In this document: positions 1 through 10,041 of the stretch, in pieces
How the letters are laid out: each line of letters begins with the position of its first letter
How positions within the stretch are numbered: position 1 is the first letter of the stretch
NCBI GenBank assembly: GCA_964652195.1
Contig: CAZZBB010000068.1
Coordinates: forward strand, 102,398 to 166,397
Origin: an uncultured bacterium
Lineage (GTDB): Bacteria; Poribacteria; WGA-4E; WGA-3G
Direction: 5' to 3'
Length of the DNA stretch: 64,000 bases
Position numbers and translations under genes: made by a program
The notes under the pieces: generated by a model
Database searches by the model: none
Told to the model about the DNA's origin: nothing
What the model saw: only the letters and a program-made list of their open reading frames with translations

Positions 1-1036
1 CAGAGAATATCTTAAATCCTTCTTAATTGGATTCATCTTTTTTAGTGCTCTTGTTATCATAGTCCGTTTATTGGATAAGGATATAAAACACTTTGACGAA
101 GGGATTTCATACCTTACAGCAGTAAAAATTGTATTATATCAAGCACCAAGAAGGATAATGGAAATCGTTCCGGTTTCCGGGTTTGTGGCAATCTTTTTTG
201 TGCTTGGACGGATGGTGAAACGAAATGAATTCGTTGCAATGAAGGCAGGTGGAATAAGTGTATATAGAATTTTAGCACCTGTTATAATTGTAACCCTGCT
301 ACTTTGTATCGGTTTCTCAGTGTTTTATGACCGTTTTGCTTCACCAGCCTACCATGAAGCCAATGTCCTACAGAAAAAAGTTACAAGGAGATTCGGAAGG
401 AATCTCCTGTTTAAAGGAAAAGAAAATCGTATATTCTATTCCCACAGTATCAATTTAAAAGAGAAAACTATATACAAACTTACTATTTGGGAATCAGATT
501 CTGAGGGGGAACTTGAACGGACCATTTATGCCAAACATGCAACATGGACACCTAACCACTGGGAACTCAAAGACGGGAACATACGATTATTTGAAAATAA
601 TACTGAAGTTGGGTTTGAAACCTTTACGGATATGTCATTAGAACGACACGAAGATCCAGAACGGTTCATAGGAAATAACAAAGATCCCAGAGGTATGACG
701 ATTAGTGAACTGAAAGAGCAGATTGCGTACAAAAAGGATGCTGGACAAATTACGCGCATTGAACAGGTTAAATTACATCATAAAAGAGCGTATCCGTATG
801 CTGCCGTAGTGGTTGTTTTGTTAGGCGCACCAATTGCCATTCGTTTTGGAAAGGCAGGATTCTTTGCTGGATTAGTCATCGCCTTTTTCCTCGTCTTTAT
901 ATATTGGGCACTTTCTTTTGCTACTTTTGAAGGATTGAGTGAGAATGGAAAACTACACCCATTCTTAGCATGTTGGGGGACAAATATCATTTACGGAATC
1001 GTTGGTTGTATCCTGATGTGGCGTACACCAAAATAG
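1..1036 (+). CDS. LptF/LptG (YjgP/YjgQ) family LPS export permease, 5'-partial (ORF open to the window start)
   Basis: Frame 2 is open from base 2. TM1-3 are followed by a periplasmic beta-jellyroll segment and C-terminal TM helices. The architecture and 321+ aa length are typical of the LptF/G family. Confidence 0.7.
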   Translation, partial: REYLKSFLIGFIFFSALVIIVRLLDKDIKHFDEGISYLTAVKIVLYQAPRRIMEIVPVSGFVAIFFVLGRMVKRNEFVAMKAGGISVYRILAPVIIVTLLLCIGFSVFYDRFASPAYHEANVLQKKVTRRFGRNLLFKGKENRIFYSHSINLKEKTIYKLTIWESDSEGELERTIYAKHATWTPNHWELKDGNIRLFENNTEVGFETFTDMSLERHEDPERFIGNNKDPRGMTISELKEQIAYKKDAGQITRIEQVKLHHKRAYPYAAVVVVLLGAPIAIRFGKAGFFAGLVIAFFLVFIYWALSFATFEGLSENGKLHPFLACWGTNIIYGIVGCILMWRTPK

Positions 1037-1122
1037 TAAAGTTGTTCCATAGATCATTATTTCGAACTGTGAATTACTCCACCCGATAAATTACTCAATA
1101 TTGTTCTGTATAATCCTACCGA

Positions 1123-1701
1123 ATGACATCATCAAAAACAGGTAATTTCTTTTTCAAAGTACGTAGTTATACGCCAATTCCTATTATTTTCTTAATGTTC
1201 TATTTTGCAGATCCAACATGGTATTCCGTTTCTATCGGTTCGTTTTTTATACTATTGGGTGAGTGTATAAGAATGTGGGCGGTTGGTTATGCTGGTGGAA
1301 CAACTCGCGCAACAGCACTCGGGGCTGCACGGGATTTGGTTACAACTGGTCCGTACAGTCATGTCCGTAATCCCTTATATCTTGGTAATTTCATACTAAG
1401 TTCTGGTGTATGTGTTATTGCCAATGTGTTATGGGTCATACCTATTTTGGTTATTGGATATTTCGTACAATATCTACCAATCATCTCAGTTGAAGAGTCC
1501 TATCTGTTGGACTCCTGTGGATCAGTGTACCAATCTTATTATGACCATGTTCCTCGTTTGTTTCCACAATTACATCCATATCCTACTCGATCATCCCACG
1601 ACTTTTCTTGGAAACGAGCGTTAAACAGTGAAAAACGTACATTAACCGCAATTCTCTGTGTAATTTGCCTAATCTATGCAAGGCAATTGATCCCATTCTA
1701 A
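1123..1701 (+). CDS. Isoprenylcysteine carboxyl methyltransferase (ICMT)/phospholipid methyltransferase family membrane protein
   Basis: 192 aa with multiple TM helices. Contains the motif 'TTGPYSHVRNPLYLG', characteristic of the ICMT/PEMT family. Confidence 0.65.
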   Translation: MTSSKTGNFFFKVRSYTPIPIIFLMFYFADPTWYSVSIGSFFILLGECIRMWAVGYAGGTTRATALGAARDLVTTGPYSHVRNPLYLGNFILSSGVCVIANVLWVIPILVIGYFVQYLPIISVEESYLLDSCGSVYQSYYDHVPRLFPQLHPYPTRSSHDFSWKRALNSEKRTLTAILCVICLIYARQLIPF

Positions 1702-1874
1702 TAGAACAATTAACCTTATGATTTCAACGATATTGGACATTTAATTTGCGTTTATCTCGTAATAGTTTTAGAATATATTTATATCCCACAAACTGGTAGT
1801 TGTATCTTTTTGACGAATTCTATACATGAATTCGGTTCAACTCCACAGCAGAAAACACCATCACTGGATATACA

Positions 1875-2555
1875 ATGATTATTACTTATCTGAGAAACCA
1901 TATATTCAAAAAACAGAATACATGGTTTAGTCATTCCTCAGACCCCTCAATTTGTCTTATAATGGTGTTTCTATCGGGATATTATATACATTCGAAATAT
2001 GCTATACTTTTAGGAATTGTCTTTGTTTTATTAGGTTTACATTTGATTACATTAAGCTTTTCCACGTTATCAGGTGACAGCATATCCAAACAATCACGCC
2101 TATTGAATTCTACTATGATAGTATCAGGGTGTTGCATTGTGTTTTTAGGTATAGTGACGAGTGTTCAAATATTTCCTAAACCTTACTGGATATCCCTATT
2201 GAGTATGGTCTTATTCAGTATCGCATTCTTAGCTTGTCTGAAAGTTTTTATGAATGAAAGTCCAATAATAAAAACCCGTGGAGTTAAATTGGGGGTAACG
2301 ATCTCTTCTGTAGTAGGAGTATATTCCTTAGGTTGGTACACATATCTACTTTTAAATGAAGTTGTATATGAAAAGACGATTAATACACCAGGTCCTCAAT
2401 TTATACCCTTGGTGTTTGTCAGTGGAATTGCAATCACTGCATGGTCAATGTTAATTATGCCAAAAGATCAGAAGAAAAGTTCCATAGTTCCAATCTATAT
2501 AATTTATGGTGTTCTTATGACAGGGATGGGTATAATCGGAATCATCTTTATATAA
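1875..2555 (+). CDS. Hypothetical polytopic membrane protein
   Basis: 226 aa with 6 or more predicted hydrophobic helices. No recognisable motif. Confidence 0.4.
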   Translation: MIITYLRNHIFKKQNTWFSHSSDPSICLIMVFLSGYYIHSKYAILLGIVFVLLGLHLITLSFSTLSGDSISKQSRLLNSTMIVSGCCIVFLGIVTSVQIFPKPYWISLLSMVLFSIAFLACLKVFMNESPIIKTRGVKLGVTISSVVGVYSLGWYTYLLLNEVVYEKTINTPGPQFIPLVFVSGIAITAWSMLIMPKDQKKSSIVPIYIIYGVLMTGMGIIGIIFI

Positions 2556-2659
2556 CCAGTACATATATTGATAGTGTTATACAATTAAATAGAACACCTC
2601 TATCATAGTATCTATGCTTAGAAATTCTATGATAGAGGTGTATCTCACAGTAACTGTAT

Positions 2660-3493
2660 CTATTCGCCAGGTATTTCAACCGGCAAGTCCAGCCGGTCTC
2701 CCCACTCTTTCCAAGAACCTATATAGTTGGCAACTTTTGGATAACCCAAGAGACGCAAAGCTAAATAGGACTGGGAAGAACGGTATCCACCTTGTCAGTA
2801 ACACATCACCTGTTTTTCAGGTGTCACACCTACATCTTCATACATCTGGCGTAGTTCATCTGCAGGTTTGAATGCACCGTTTTCATCAAGATTATTTAAC
2901 CATTCAATATGTACAGACCCAGGAATAGCCCCCGGACGCTCAGCACGAGCAACTCTCCCATAATGTTCATCATCCGTTCTGGTATCCAGAGCGACAAAAT
3001 CCTCTCGGTTAAGCAAATCATTAATCCCATCTGCATCCAGGTGTGTACTCGGTTTGGCATTGATAGGAAATTCTGACACTTCAGGCGGTTCAACCCCTTC
3101 TAAACAAACCTGACCATCAGCAACCACCCATGCTTTGAATCCTCCGTCAAGTAACTTTGTGTTAGGGTGACCTAAATATTCGCAGAACCAAAATCCGCGT
3201 GATGCACGTGTACCGGATATATCCTCATACCAAATGATCGTTTTGGATGAATCAATTCCTCTTTGTTGGAATAAATATGCGATCATCCACATAAAAGTGT
3301 CAAACATCTCTTTCCTTGTATCAATTAGACTCAAACCAAAAAGATCGAGGTGTAGTGCACCAGGTATATGTCCCATAATATATTCATGTGTAGGTCGCGT
3401 ATCTACAATACAGAGTGATTCATCATCTATATCCTTTATTAATGCCTCTGCAGAAACTACAAGTTCAGGGTTTGTATACCCTTTATCCCCCAT
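2660..3493 (-). CDS. Two-domain rhodanese (thiosulfate/3-mercaptopyruvate sulfurtransferase-like) with an in-frame TGA at 2795-2797 at the catalytic residue; candidate selenoprotein (277 aa if TGA=Sec)
   Basis: The listed ORF (232 aa) ends '...KQVMCY*'. The same frame then reads '[44 protein letters not shown]', a canonical rhodanese C-terminus. The active-site loop C-x-x-G-x-R-S becomes [TGA]-Q-G-G-Y-R-S, preceded by the typical Tyr. Confidence 0.7.
2795..2797 (-). other. In-frame UGA codon (candidate selenocysteine codon) inside the rhodanese gene
   Basis: The codon aligns to the catalytic Cys position of the rhodanese CxxGxRS loop. selA is present in the same window. TGA serves as a genuine stop elsewhere (e.g. 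38184-38186, 41300-41302, 42072-42074). Confidence 0.6.
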
Positions 3494-3520
3494 TTAATCC
3501 CTTCTTTCAGGTATATTATA

Positions 3521-4885
3521 CTACCTTTGCTTATTTGTTAATTTGATTGTTTTCCATTTCCCAGTACGATACCAAAACCACATGGAGATTCCTTGGACAA
3601 CATTGGAAAGTGATATTCCAATCCATACTCCATTTAGTCCTATAATACGTGAAAACAGAATTACAAGCAACAATCCTACTCCCATTTGTGATCCTAATGT
3701 AATAATCATAGGAGAAAATGTATCCCCTGCACCATTTAGTGCTTTCCCTAATACTAATGAAAATGCTATAAAACCAAATGTAAGTGAGAGAAATTGAAGA
3801 TACATTGATCCAATTCTTACTACCTCAGGATCATCGTTGAATACTGTTACAAACACTTCTGGAAATAGAAGAAATAAAATTCCTATTCCCGACATAAGAA
3901 TTGTACCAATAATATTACCTATACGTGTGGTTGATTCGGCTCGTTCAATCTGATTCGCACCAATATTCTGACCTACTACAGGTGCAACAGCATTTGCAAT
4001 CCCGAAGCCAGGATTCATAACCAGAATACGTAATCGCATACAGATCGTATAAGCAGCAACAGCGAATTTGCCATACGGTCCAATTACCCAAAGAAATACA
4101 AGACGTGACAAATGTCGCCAGAATCCCTGCATAGAACTATAAATGCCTAACCTAAAAATGTCAAGCATTTCGATTATATCTGGTTGTAATTGGACATGTC
4201 TTAATGATAATGGAGATTTTCCTATCCAGATTAGAATCAGAAGTACTACTACTCCAAAACCTCTTCCAATTATCGTTGCGTATGCTGATCCAGCTACACC
4301 CAATTCAGGAAATATCCAAATGCCAAAAATCAAGAAAGGGTCTAATGCGATATTAATTACAGTAGAGAAAATTAACACAACCGTAGGTGTAACAGCATCT
4401 CCACCGGCACGGAAAATAGAACCAAGTGTCATAGATAGGAACATAGTGCTAATTCCTACCAGTATAATGTGCATATAGGTCGTACCAAGTTTTATCACCT
4501 CTTGATCTTCGATTCTTAATGAACGCAGCCCAAATTCTGATAATGGATAACCGATTACTCCTACCCCAATCGAAGCGAAAATTGCTAAAAGGATAGCTTG
4601 CATAGCTACATGTCCAGCTTGAGCATAGTTTCTTGCACCGAGGTATTGTGCAACCAAAATACCTGAACCAGTTGAGATACCGAGTGAAAATACACCTATT
4701 AATCGCAGCAAATTCCCACTCATTCCTACTGCTGCAATTGATGCAGGACCAAGTCTTCCTACAAAAATCATATCTACAACATTAAAGGCATCCTGAAGGA
4801 TGTAACCAAAAGTAATAGGAACTGCAAGTTTAATGAGATGACGGATTAAACTTCCTTCTGTCAAATCTTCTCGAGTCTGTTTCAT
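3521..4885 (-). CDS. MATE family efflux transporter
   Basis: 454 aa, 12-TM topology, NorM/DinF-like sequence pattern. Confidence 0.8.
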   Translation of the reverse strand: MKQTREDLTEGSLIRHLIKLAVPITFGYILQDAFNVVDMIFVGRLGPASIAAVGMSGNLLRLIGVFSLGISTGSGILVAQYLGARNYAQAGHVAMQAILLAIFASIGVGVIGYPLSEFGLRSLRIEDQEVIKLGTTYMHIILVGISTMFLSMTLGSIFRAGGDAVTPTVVLIFSTVINIALDPFLIFGIWIFPELGVAGSAYATIIGRGFGVVVLLILIWIGKSPLSLRHVQLQPDIIEMLDIFRLGIYSSMQGFWRHLSRLVFLWVIGPYGKFAVAAYTICMRLRILVMNPGFGIANAVAPVVGQNIGANQIERAESTTRIGNIIGTILMSGIGILFLLFPEVFVTVFNDDPEVVRIGSMYLQFLSLTFGFIAFSLVLGKALNGAGDTFSPMIITLGSQMGVGLLLVILFSRIIGLNGVWIGISLSNVVQGISMWFWYRTGKWKTIKLTNKQR

Positions 4886-5008
4886 TAACTACCTAATTCT
4901 TAATTTTAATTCCCATTTTAAAGAATGAAATAATTTCAACTTGCTATTTAATCTAAGTTGATTTAAACTTAGCAGAATATATAATCAAAAAAAGGAAGAG
5001 AATAAGTT

Positions 5009-5824
5009 ATGAAAGTACTGATAATGTCTGATATGGAAGGAGTTAGTGGAATCGTTGTCTGGGACCAAGTTGATGGTGGTGCTGCAATGTTTGAGGAAGG
5101 GAGACTCCTTTATACCGAAGAGATTAATGCAGCTGTCCGAGGTGCAAAAGCCGCTGGTGCTACTGAGATTGTTGTAGTTGACTGTCACGGTGCTGGACGA
5201 GGATGGACATTTAATTCTCTGATTCCTGAAAAAATTGATCCAAATTGTGAATGGGTTGCTCATCACGGTTGGGGCAGATACGATGAGATGTGGAAAGAGG
5301 GATGTGATGCTTGTCTCCTTATTGGTATGCATGCAAGAAACAACACACCTGATGGTGTTCTATGTCATACAATCTCTACGGTACAATATCATAACCTATG
5401 GTTTAACGACGACCTGGTTGGAGAAACCGGTGTTAATGCAGCACTCAATGGTCATTACGGTGTTCCAATTGCTCTTGTGACTGGGGATACAGCTGTTTGC
5501 AGAGAGGCAAAAGAATTACTCGGTAATGATCTTCCTATAGTAGCAGTCAAAAAAGGTCTAAGTAAATATAGCGCAAAACACATACCACCTGTTAGAGCCC
5601 GTGAAATGATTGAAGAGGCAACGAAAAATGCACTATCCGATCTATCAAAAGTCAAACCATATATACCAGATAAACCAACAACTATTAAAATTGAACTCTC
5701 AAGTGTAGATAAAATGTCTACATTCAAAGGACGTCCAGGTGTAGAACTTACCGGTCCGGTCACTGTTGAAAGTCAGGCTATGGATTGGATGGCTGCATGG
5801 AATCAATTCTGGCCATTTGTGTAA
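5009..5824 (+). CDS. dppA: D-aminopeptidase DppA family (peptidase M55)
   Basis: 271 aa. N-terminal 'MKVLIMSDMEGVSG' matches the M55 signature 'M..D.EG.SG'. Confidence 0.7.
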   Translation: MKVLIMSDMEGVSGIVVWDQVDGGAAMFEEGRLLYTEEINAAVRGAKAAGATEIVVVDCHGAGRGWTFNSLIPEKIDPNCEWVAHHGWGRYDEMWKEGCDACLLIGMHARNNTPDGVLCHTISTVQYHNLWFNDDLVGETGVNAALNGHYGVPIALVTGDTAVCREAKELLGNDLPIVAVKKGLSKYSAKHIPPVRAREMIEEATKNALSDLSKVKPYIPDKPTTIKIELSSVDKMSTFKGRPGVELTGPVTVESQAMDWMAAWNQFWPFV

Positions 5825-5935
5825 TCACTTCAATTAATCAGAATACATCGAAGCAAAGGTGTGGTATCTATTAGATCGTTGAGATAAAGACACCACACAC
5901 CGTTAATTATAATTAGAAACCCGAATTCTGTAATA

Positions 5936-6361
5936 TTAATTAGATTCATCCAATACATCAAGCGGATCCCCAGATGTATCTGCCCTTTCCAAAATCTCTA
6001 CTTCATACCCGTCGGGATCTGTAATAAATGCCATCTTCATTCCACCGGATGTAAATTGCTTCCGCCACTCATCTGGCCAAATTTCTAATCCAGCTTTCTC
6101 CAACCCATCACAGAAATCAACAATGTCTGGTACACCAATAGCAAAATGCATTAGATCTTCTTGAACTTGAAGGTCAAAATCAGGTGAATAAGTAAGTTCC
6201 AATGTATGTGCATTCCCAGGTAACTCAAGATGAACAATCTGATTTCCTGCTGGTGATTTATCACTACGACTAAGAACTTTAAATCCTAAGTGATCACAAT
6301 ACCAATCTATCGAATTATCAAGATCACTCACACGAACACGTGTATGTAAAAAAACTGCCAT
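5936..6361 (-). CDS. VOC family protein (glyoxalase I/bleomycin-resistance fold)
   Basis: 141 aa with two beta-alpha-beta-beta-beta modules. 'H..L.V.DL..S..FY...LGF' type N-terminus. Confidence 0.7.
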   Translation of the reverse strand: MAVFLHTRVRVSDLDNSIDWYCDHLGFKVLSRSDKSPAGNQIVHLELPGNAHTLELTYSPDFDLQVQEDLMHFAIGVPDIVDFCDGLEKAGLEIWPDEWRKQFTSGGMKMAFITDPDGYEVEILERADTSGDPLDVLDESN

Positions 6362-6480
6362 GAAAAACTCCTATTTAGTGATTTTTATGTGTGTTACGCT
6401 GTTGTGATAATAACACAACACAGTATAATTGGCAAGTACAGAGATGAAATCATCTCTATTGTTATCCGTCTATTGACTAA

Positions 6481-9171
6481 CTATTCTGATTCATAACTAT
6501 TCACATGCTCATGAATCGGTTGTCGTTCAATATTTGCATGTGGATCGGCACGTCGCGCAATACCGGTTATATCGTCAACTGATTCATCTGCTTTGAATCG
6601 TTTATAAAGTTTACTGGATTTTGCAGCCATAGAGTGATTTTTAAGGGCCCGGTAACACCGCATCATATTGTAGTGTGCATCTAAATCTTCTGGATCAACC
6701 TTCAAACTCTTCTGAAAATAAGATATAGCGACCAGAAAATTCCTCTTTAGAAAATGCAATCGTCCTAATAGATTACTTACTCTCGTGTCTCGTGGAAATT
6801 GCTCTATAGCTTGCTCAACATGTTGTATTGCTAAATCGTAATTGCCATAAGATTCCTGTATGAGTCCATAAAAATAATGAACCTTTGCCCGATTCGGATC
6901 TGTCGGTGAAAGTGATTTCAGTAATTCTAAGGCTTGATTTAACACTGTTTCTGCTCCAGACATATCACCTTCTTTTATACGACATCTGGCAACATTAACC
7001 CATCCATCAAGATAACTCGGTTCAATTTCAGTCACTTTAAGAAAAACAGATTCCGCTTTTCTTAAATCTCCTTGTAGAAACAAACCAATTCCGTAATCAT
7101 TCCAACGTTCTCGTAAATTGCCTGTATTTAAGAGATGATTCTGTGTTGATTCTGTAATTTGTGAATTGTTCTTATCGGATTGTACATGTAGTTGGGTCTT
7201 TGCTTCAGCCATCACCACAATGGGTAGGTTTGGAATAGTCTTGATTTTTCCTGCAACATCAGTTGTATCCCCAGTCCAAATCCATTTCCCATTGTCATAA
7301 CCCTTATCGACCTTAAAATCCGTGTCCTCTGGATCGCGGACACCAGCATAAGCCCACTGTGTATGCCACCAGTTAAATTTTCGGTAATTAAGTTTTGCTT
7401 CTACACTAAGAGTATTTCCACTGTCTGATGGAATTTCTAATCGATAACGGACAGTATCGGCAGCCCCGGGAGGGATAGTATTTGAATATAACACTTTTCG
7501 CATTGCCCAAACATTCCGTTTGTTGATTAAGTTAGCATGTTCATCAAGCATATAACTTCGGTAAAAATGTGCACTTGGATCAACAGGACCATTTCCATCT
7601 GGTTCAGAAATCCTGCCATTCCAGAAAATAATCTTCCCGTTTTCATCGGTAATCTTCAATTCAAGCCAAATGTCAAAAGCATCAATTGTTCCAGTTGGAA
7701 AATGGTGTCCTACCCCTCTTGTACGAACTACTACCTCAATCAAAGTACTTTCGTTCCTGAAAATTGTTGAGCCATTGTCAGGTATTGGAGATCCATCGGC
7801 AAATATATCAAGTGTAATTACATCATTTTGTAGAAAATCGGTGACCGTTTTTAGTTGTTCGTCGTGTTTATTTACGTATGGAAGGGCTGTATTTGCAGCA
7901 GGAAATCTGTGACTGTGTACCTTACCTTTAATGTTTCCTGCATCCTTTGAATCTACCAAAGGCATATGGCAATCTACACATTTCTTTGCTTTTTCTGGAT
8001 AGTAGAATGATAGAGCACCTTGAAGTGAGACACCACTTTTCTGCCATTGATCATAGTCATTGAAACCTCGTATCCATCTGTAATTATTGACTGGATAATC
8101 AAGATGAACCTTATGACATGTAGAGCAAAATTCAGCAGTATTCTCTCGATGAAACGGCTTAATGAAGCTTTTTTTATGTGGTTCTGGATCAAGTCTAATT
8201 AAGTAGTTATGCATACTACGGATCAAACGATTATTGCTTGATGCGAGATTATGAAGTGGTGGATATTTAATTACATATCCACTATTTCCCATTGTATCTT
8301 TAACACGATCAATTGAATGACAGGCTGTACAAGCCAATCCAGCTTGAGCTGCAGGAGTATGTAAATTCTCACGAATAGGTTTATCCATTACACCGTTGAG
8401 TAGAATGGCAGGATCGTGACAACCACCACACCATTTTGATGGTTCTATCCCATTCACTTCCTGCATATAAATTATAGATTTACGATACCACTGGTTGTTA
8501 AAGGATGAAAAATGGTGTGCGGATTCGTTCCACTGTTTGTATATATCTGGATGACATTTACTTGAGCCACATGTTTCAGAATTTAGAAAAAAGTCTGTGT
8601 GTATAAGATTACCACTATCTGTCTCTACAGATGCTGGGAAGAAATGTCCTGTTGTACCTCCTCCTTCATCATACATACTACTTGGAGGAAATGCTGGATT
8701 TTCGACAAAATATGTTCTATTTGGGAAGAAATGCTGCGATAATTTAGCACCTATCGGAAAGAAAAGCACACCTACCAACACACTGATAAATATTTTTTGA
8801 AACTTCCCAGTAATATCATTAGTGTTCTTCAGTAGGTGTAGACTAAATAGAAGACTACCTATTGTAATGCTAATAATATGAGCTATTAGAAGCCAACGAT
8901 ATGGTGTTGATGCCCCTACTACCATCAAATAACCACCACTAACAGCACCTATTGTAAGGACAACTACACCTACTCTTCCAAAAACCGACATTGTTCTAAT
9001 ATTTTTAACTAAATAATAGCAGAAGAGTATTATAAGAAGACTTCCAAGTCCAATATGGATGAGTACATTTAGAATATAGAAGAGGGTTGGTTCACCAAAA
9101 CTAAATAGGTATGAACTATTTAGTAATAGTAAAAGAAAAGCATAAAGAGGTAATCTACGAATGTGTGTCAT
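6481..9171 (-). CDS. Membrane-anchored multihaem c-type cytochrome with C-terminal TPR domain
   Basis: 896 aa with 4 N-terminal TM helices. Contains CxxCH motifs CGGCH, CTACH, CSTCH and CVDCH, plus a possible CX4CH (CGSSKCH). The C-terminal ~200 aa are TPR-like repeats. Confidence 0.7.
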   Translation of the reverse strand: MTHIRRLPLYAFLLLLLNSSYLFSFGEPTLFYILNVLIHIGLGSLLIILFCYYLVKNIRTMSVFGRVGVVVLTIGAVSGGYLMVVGASTPYRWLLIAHIISITIGSLLFSLHLLKNTNDITGKFQKIFISVLVGVLFFPIGAKLSQHFFPNRTYFVENPAFPPSSMYDEGGGTTGHFFPASVETDSGNLIHTDFFLNSETCGSSKCHPDIYKQWNESAHHFSSFNNQWYRKSIIYMQEVNGIEPSKWCGGCHDPAILLNGVMDKPIRENLHTPAAQAGLACTACHSIDRVKDTMGNSGYVIKYPPLHNLASSNNRLIRSMHNYLIRLDPEPHKKSFIKPFHRENTAEFCSTCHKVHLDYPVNNYRWIRGFNDYDQWQKSGVSLQGALSFYYPEKAKKCVDCHMPLVDSKDAGNIKGKVHSHRFPAANTALPYVNKHDEQLKTVTDFLQNDVITLDIFADGSPIPDNGSTIFRNESTLIEVVVRTRGVGHHFPTGTIDAFDIWLELKITDENGKIIFWNGRISEPDGNGPVDPSAHFYRSYMLDEHANLINKRNVWAMRKVLYSNTIPPGAADTVRYRLEIPSDSGNTLSVEAKLNYRKFNWWHTQWAYAGVRDPEDTDFKVDKGYDNGKWIWTGDTTDVAGKIKTIPNLPIVVMAEAKTQLHVQSDKNNSQITESTQNHLLNTGNLRERWNDYGIGLFLQGDLRKAESVFLKVTEIEPSYLDGWVNVARCRIKEGDMSGAETVLNQALELLKSLSPTDPNRAKVHYFYGLIQESYGNYDLAIQHVEQAIEQFPRDTRVSNLLGRLHFLKRNFLVAISYFQKSLKVDPEDLDAHYNMMRCYRALKNHSMAAKSSKLYKRFKADESVDDITGIARRADPHANIERQPIHEHVNSYESE

Positions 9172-9183
9172 GAATAAAAAAGC

Positions 9184-9200
9184 TGAGGTGTTTTACCTCA
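9184..9200 (-). terminator. Hairpin (TGAGGT-gtttt-ACCTCA) followed by a T-run on the minus strand; terminator downstream of the SDR gene
   Basis: 6-bp stem. The minus-strand read-out is followed by 'GCTTTTTTAT'. Confidence 0.45.
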
Positions 9201-9270
9201 ACCAAATTAAGTTATTTCTTTTCAATGAATAATAGAATTGTCTTCAGATCATATATTAATCTCTATCTGT

Positions 9271-10041
9271 CTAACCAGCAGTATATCCACCGTCAATAGG
9301 TAAAGCAATACCGGTTACAAAAGCAGATTCATCTGAAGCAAGATATAATGCACCATACGCAATTTCTGTGGGTTGTCCCAATCTACGTAAAGGGTGCTTA
9401 TTTGCCAATTTCTGATACTCATCAGGATTTTTCACAACCCCTGCTACCAAAGGTGTTTCTACAAATCCTGGGCAGATGCAGTTGACACGTATGTTATCTT
9501 CAGCATAATCAAGCGCCATACCCCGTGTAAGATTGGTTACAGCACCTTTTGATGCAACATAAGCAGCACGAACTTCAGCACCAACTAATCCGTATATTGA
9601 GGAAAGATTAATTATAGATCCTCCACCATTCTTCCTCATTGCGGGGATTGCAGCTTTAGAACAAAGAAAGACACCAGTTAGGTTAACACCTAAACAATGA
9701 TGCCAATCATCCTCAGGTAATTCCTCTACCGGTAGACGCATTGCAATACCAGCACTATTGACGAGAATGTCAAGTTTACCATATAGATTAATAGTATGGT
9801 CTACCATCTTTTGTGTTTTTTCATGAATCGACACATCGGTTTGGATAAAACTACCTTGGTGTTCTTTATTCTTAATCTCTGTTACAGTTAACTCCCCACC
9901 TTCAGTATCAATATCAGCGACAACTATTTTCGCCCCATGTTCTGCGAATAGTTTGGCAGTAGCTTTACCTATTCCAGACGCTGCACCGGTAATGATAGCC
10001 ACCTTCTCATTAAGTCGCACAGTTAGACTTTTTCCTTCCAA
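9271..10041 (-). CDS. SDR family oxidoreductase (FabG-like 3-oxoacyl-ACP reductase fold)
   Basis: 256 aa. Contains the TGAASGIGKA Rossmann motif, the NSAG motif and the catalytic YxxxK (YVASK). Confidence 0.85.
   Translation of the reverse strand: MEGKSLTVRLNEKVAIITGAASGIGKATAKLFAEHGAKIVVADIDTEGGELTVTEIKNKEHQGSFIQTDVSIHEKTQKMVDHTINLYGKLDILVNSAGIAMRLPVEELPEDDWHHCLGVNLTGVFLCSKAAIPAMRKNGGGSIINLSSIYGLVGAEVRAAYVASKGAVTNLTRGMALDYAEDNIRVNCICPGFVETPLVAGVVKNPDEYQKLANKHPLRRLGQPTEIAYGALYLASDESAFVTGIALPIDGGYTAG

Noticed and set aside
526-990. Antisense or overlapping ORFs inside confidently assigned genes (e.g. 526..759, 778..990, 2614..2871, 4143..4478, 7537..7912 and many others in the ORF track)
   Set aside because: Each is fully embedded in a longer ORF on the other strand or frame that has clear family signatures, so they are spurious.
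1830-1874. 'GGTTCAACTCC' resembling a tRNA T-loop
   Set aside because: No acceptor, D or anticodon stems can be formed around it. It is part of a simple hairpin CGAATTC-tatacat-GAATTCG.
2795-2797. Alternative explanation that the organism uses a UGA-sense genetic code (e.g. code 25/4)
   Set aside because: TGA terminates several well-defined genes in the window (37764..38186, 40202..41302, 41289..42074), with the next gene starting immediately after. UGA is therefore a stop by default.
5851-5905. Stem-loop between dppA and the VOC gene as a terminator
   Set aside because: The stem is imperfect (GGTGTGG versus CCACACA/CC) with a 26-nt loop and no U-tract. It is too weak to call.
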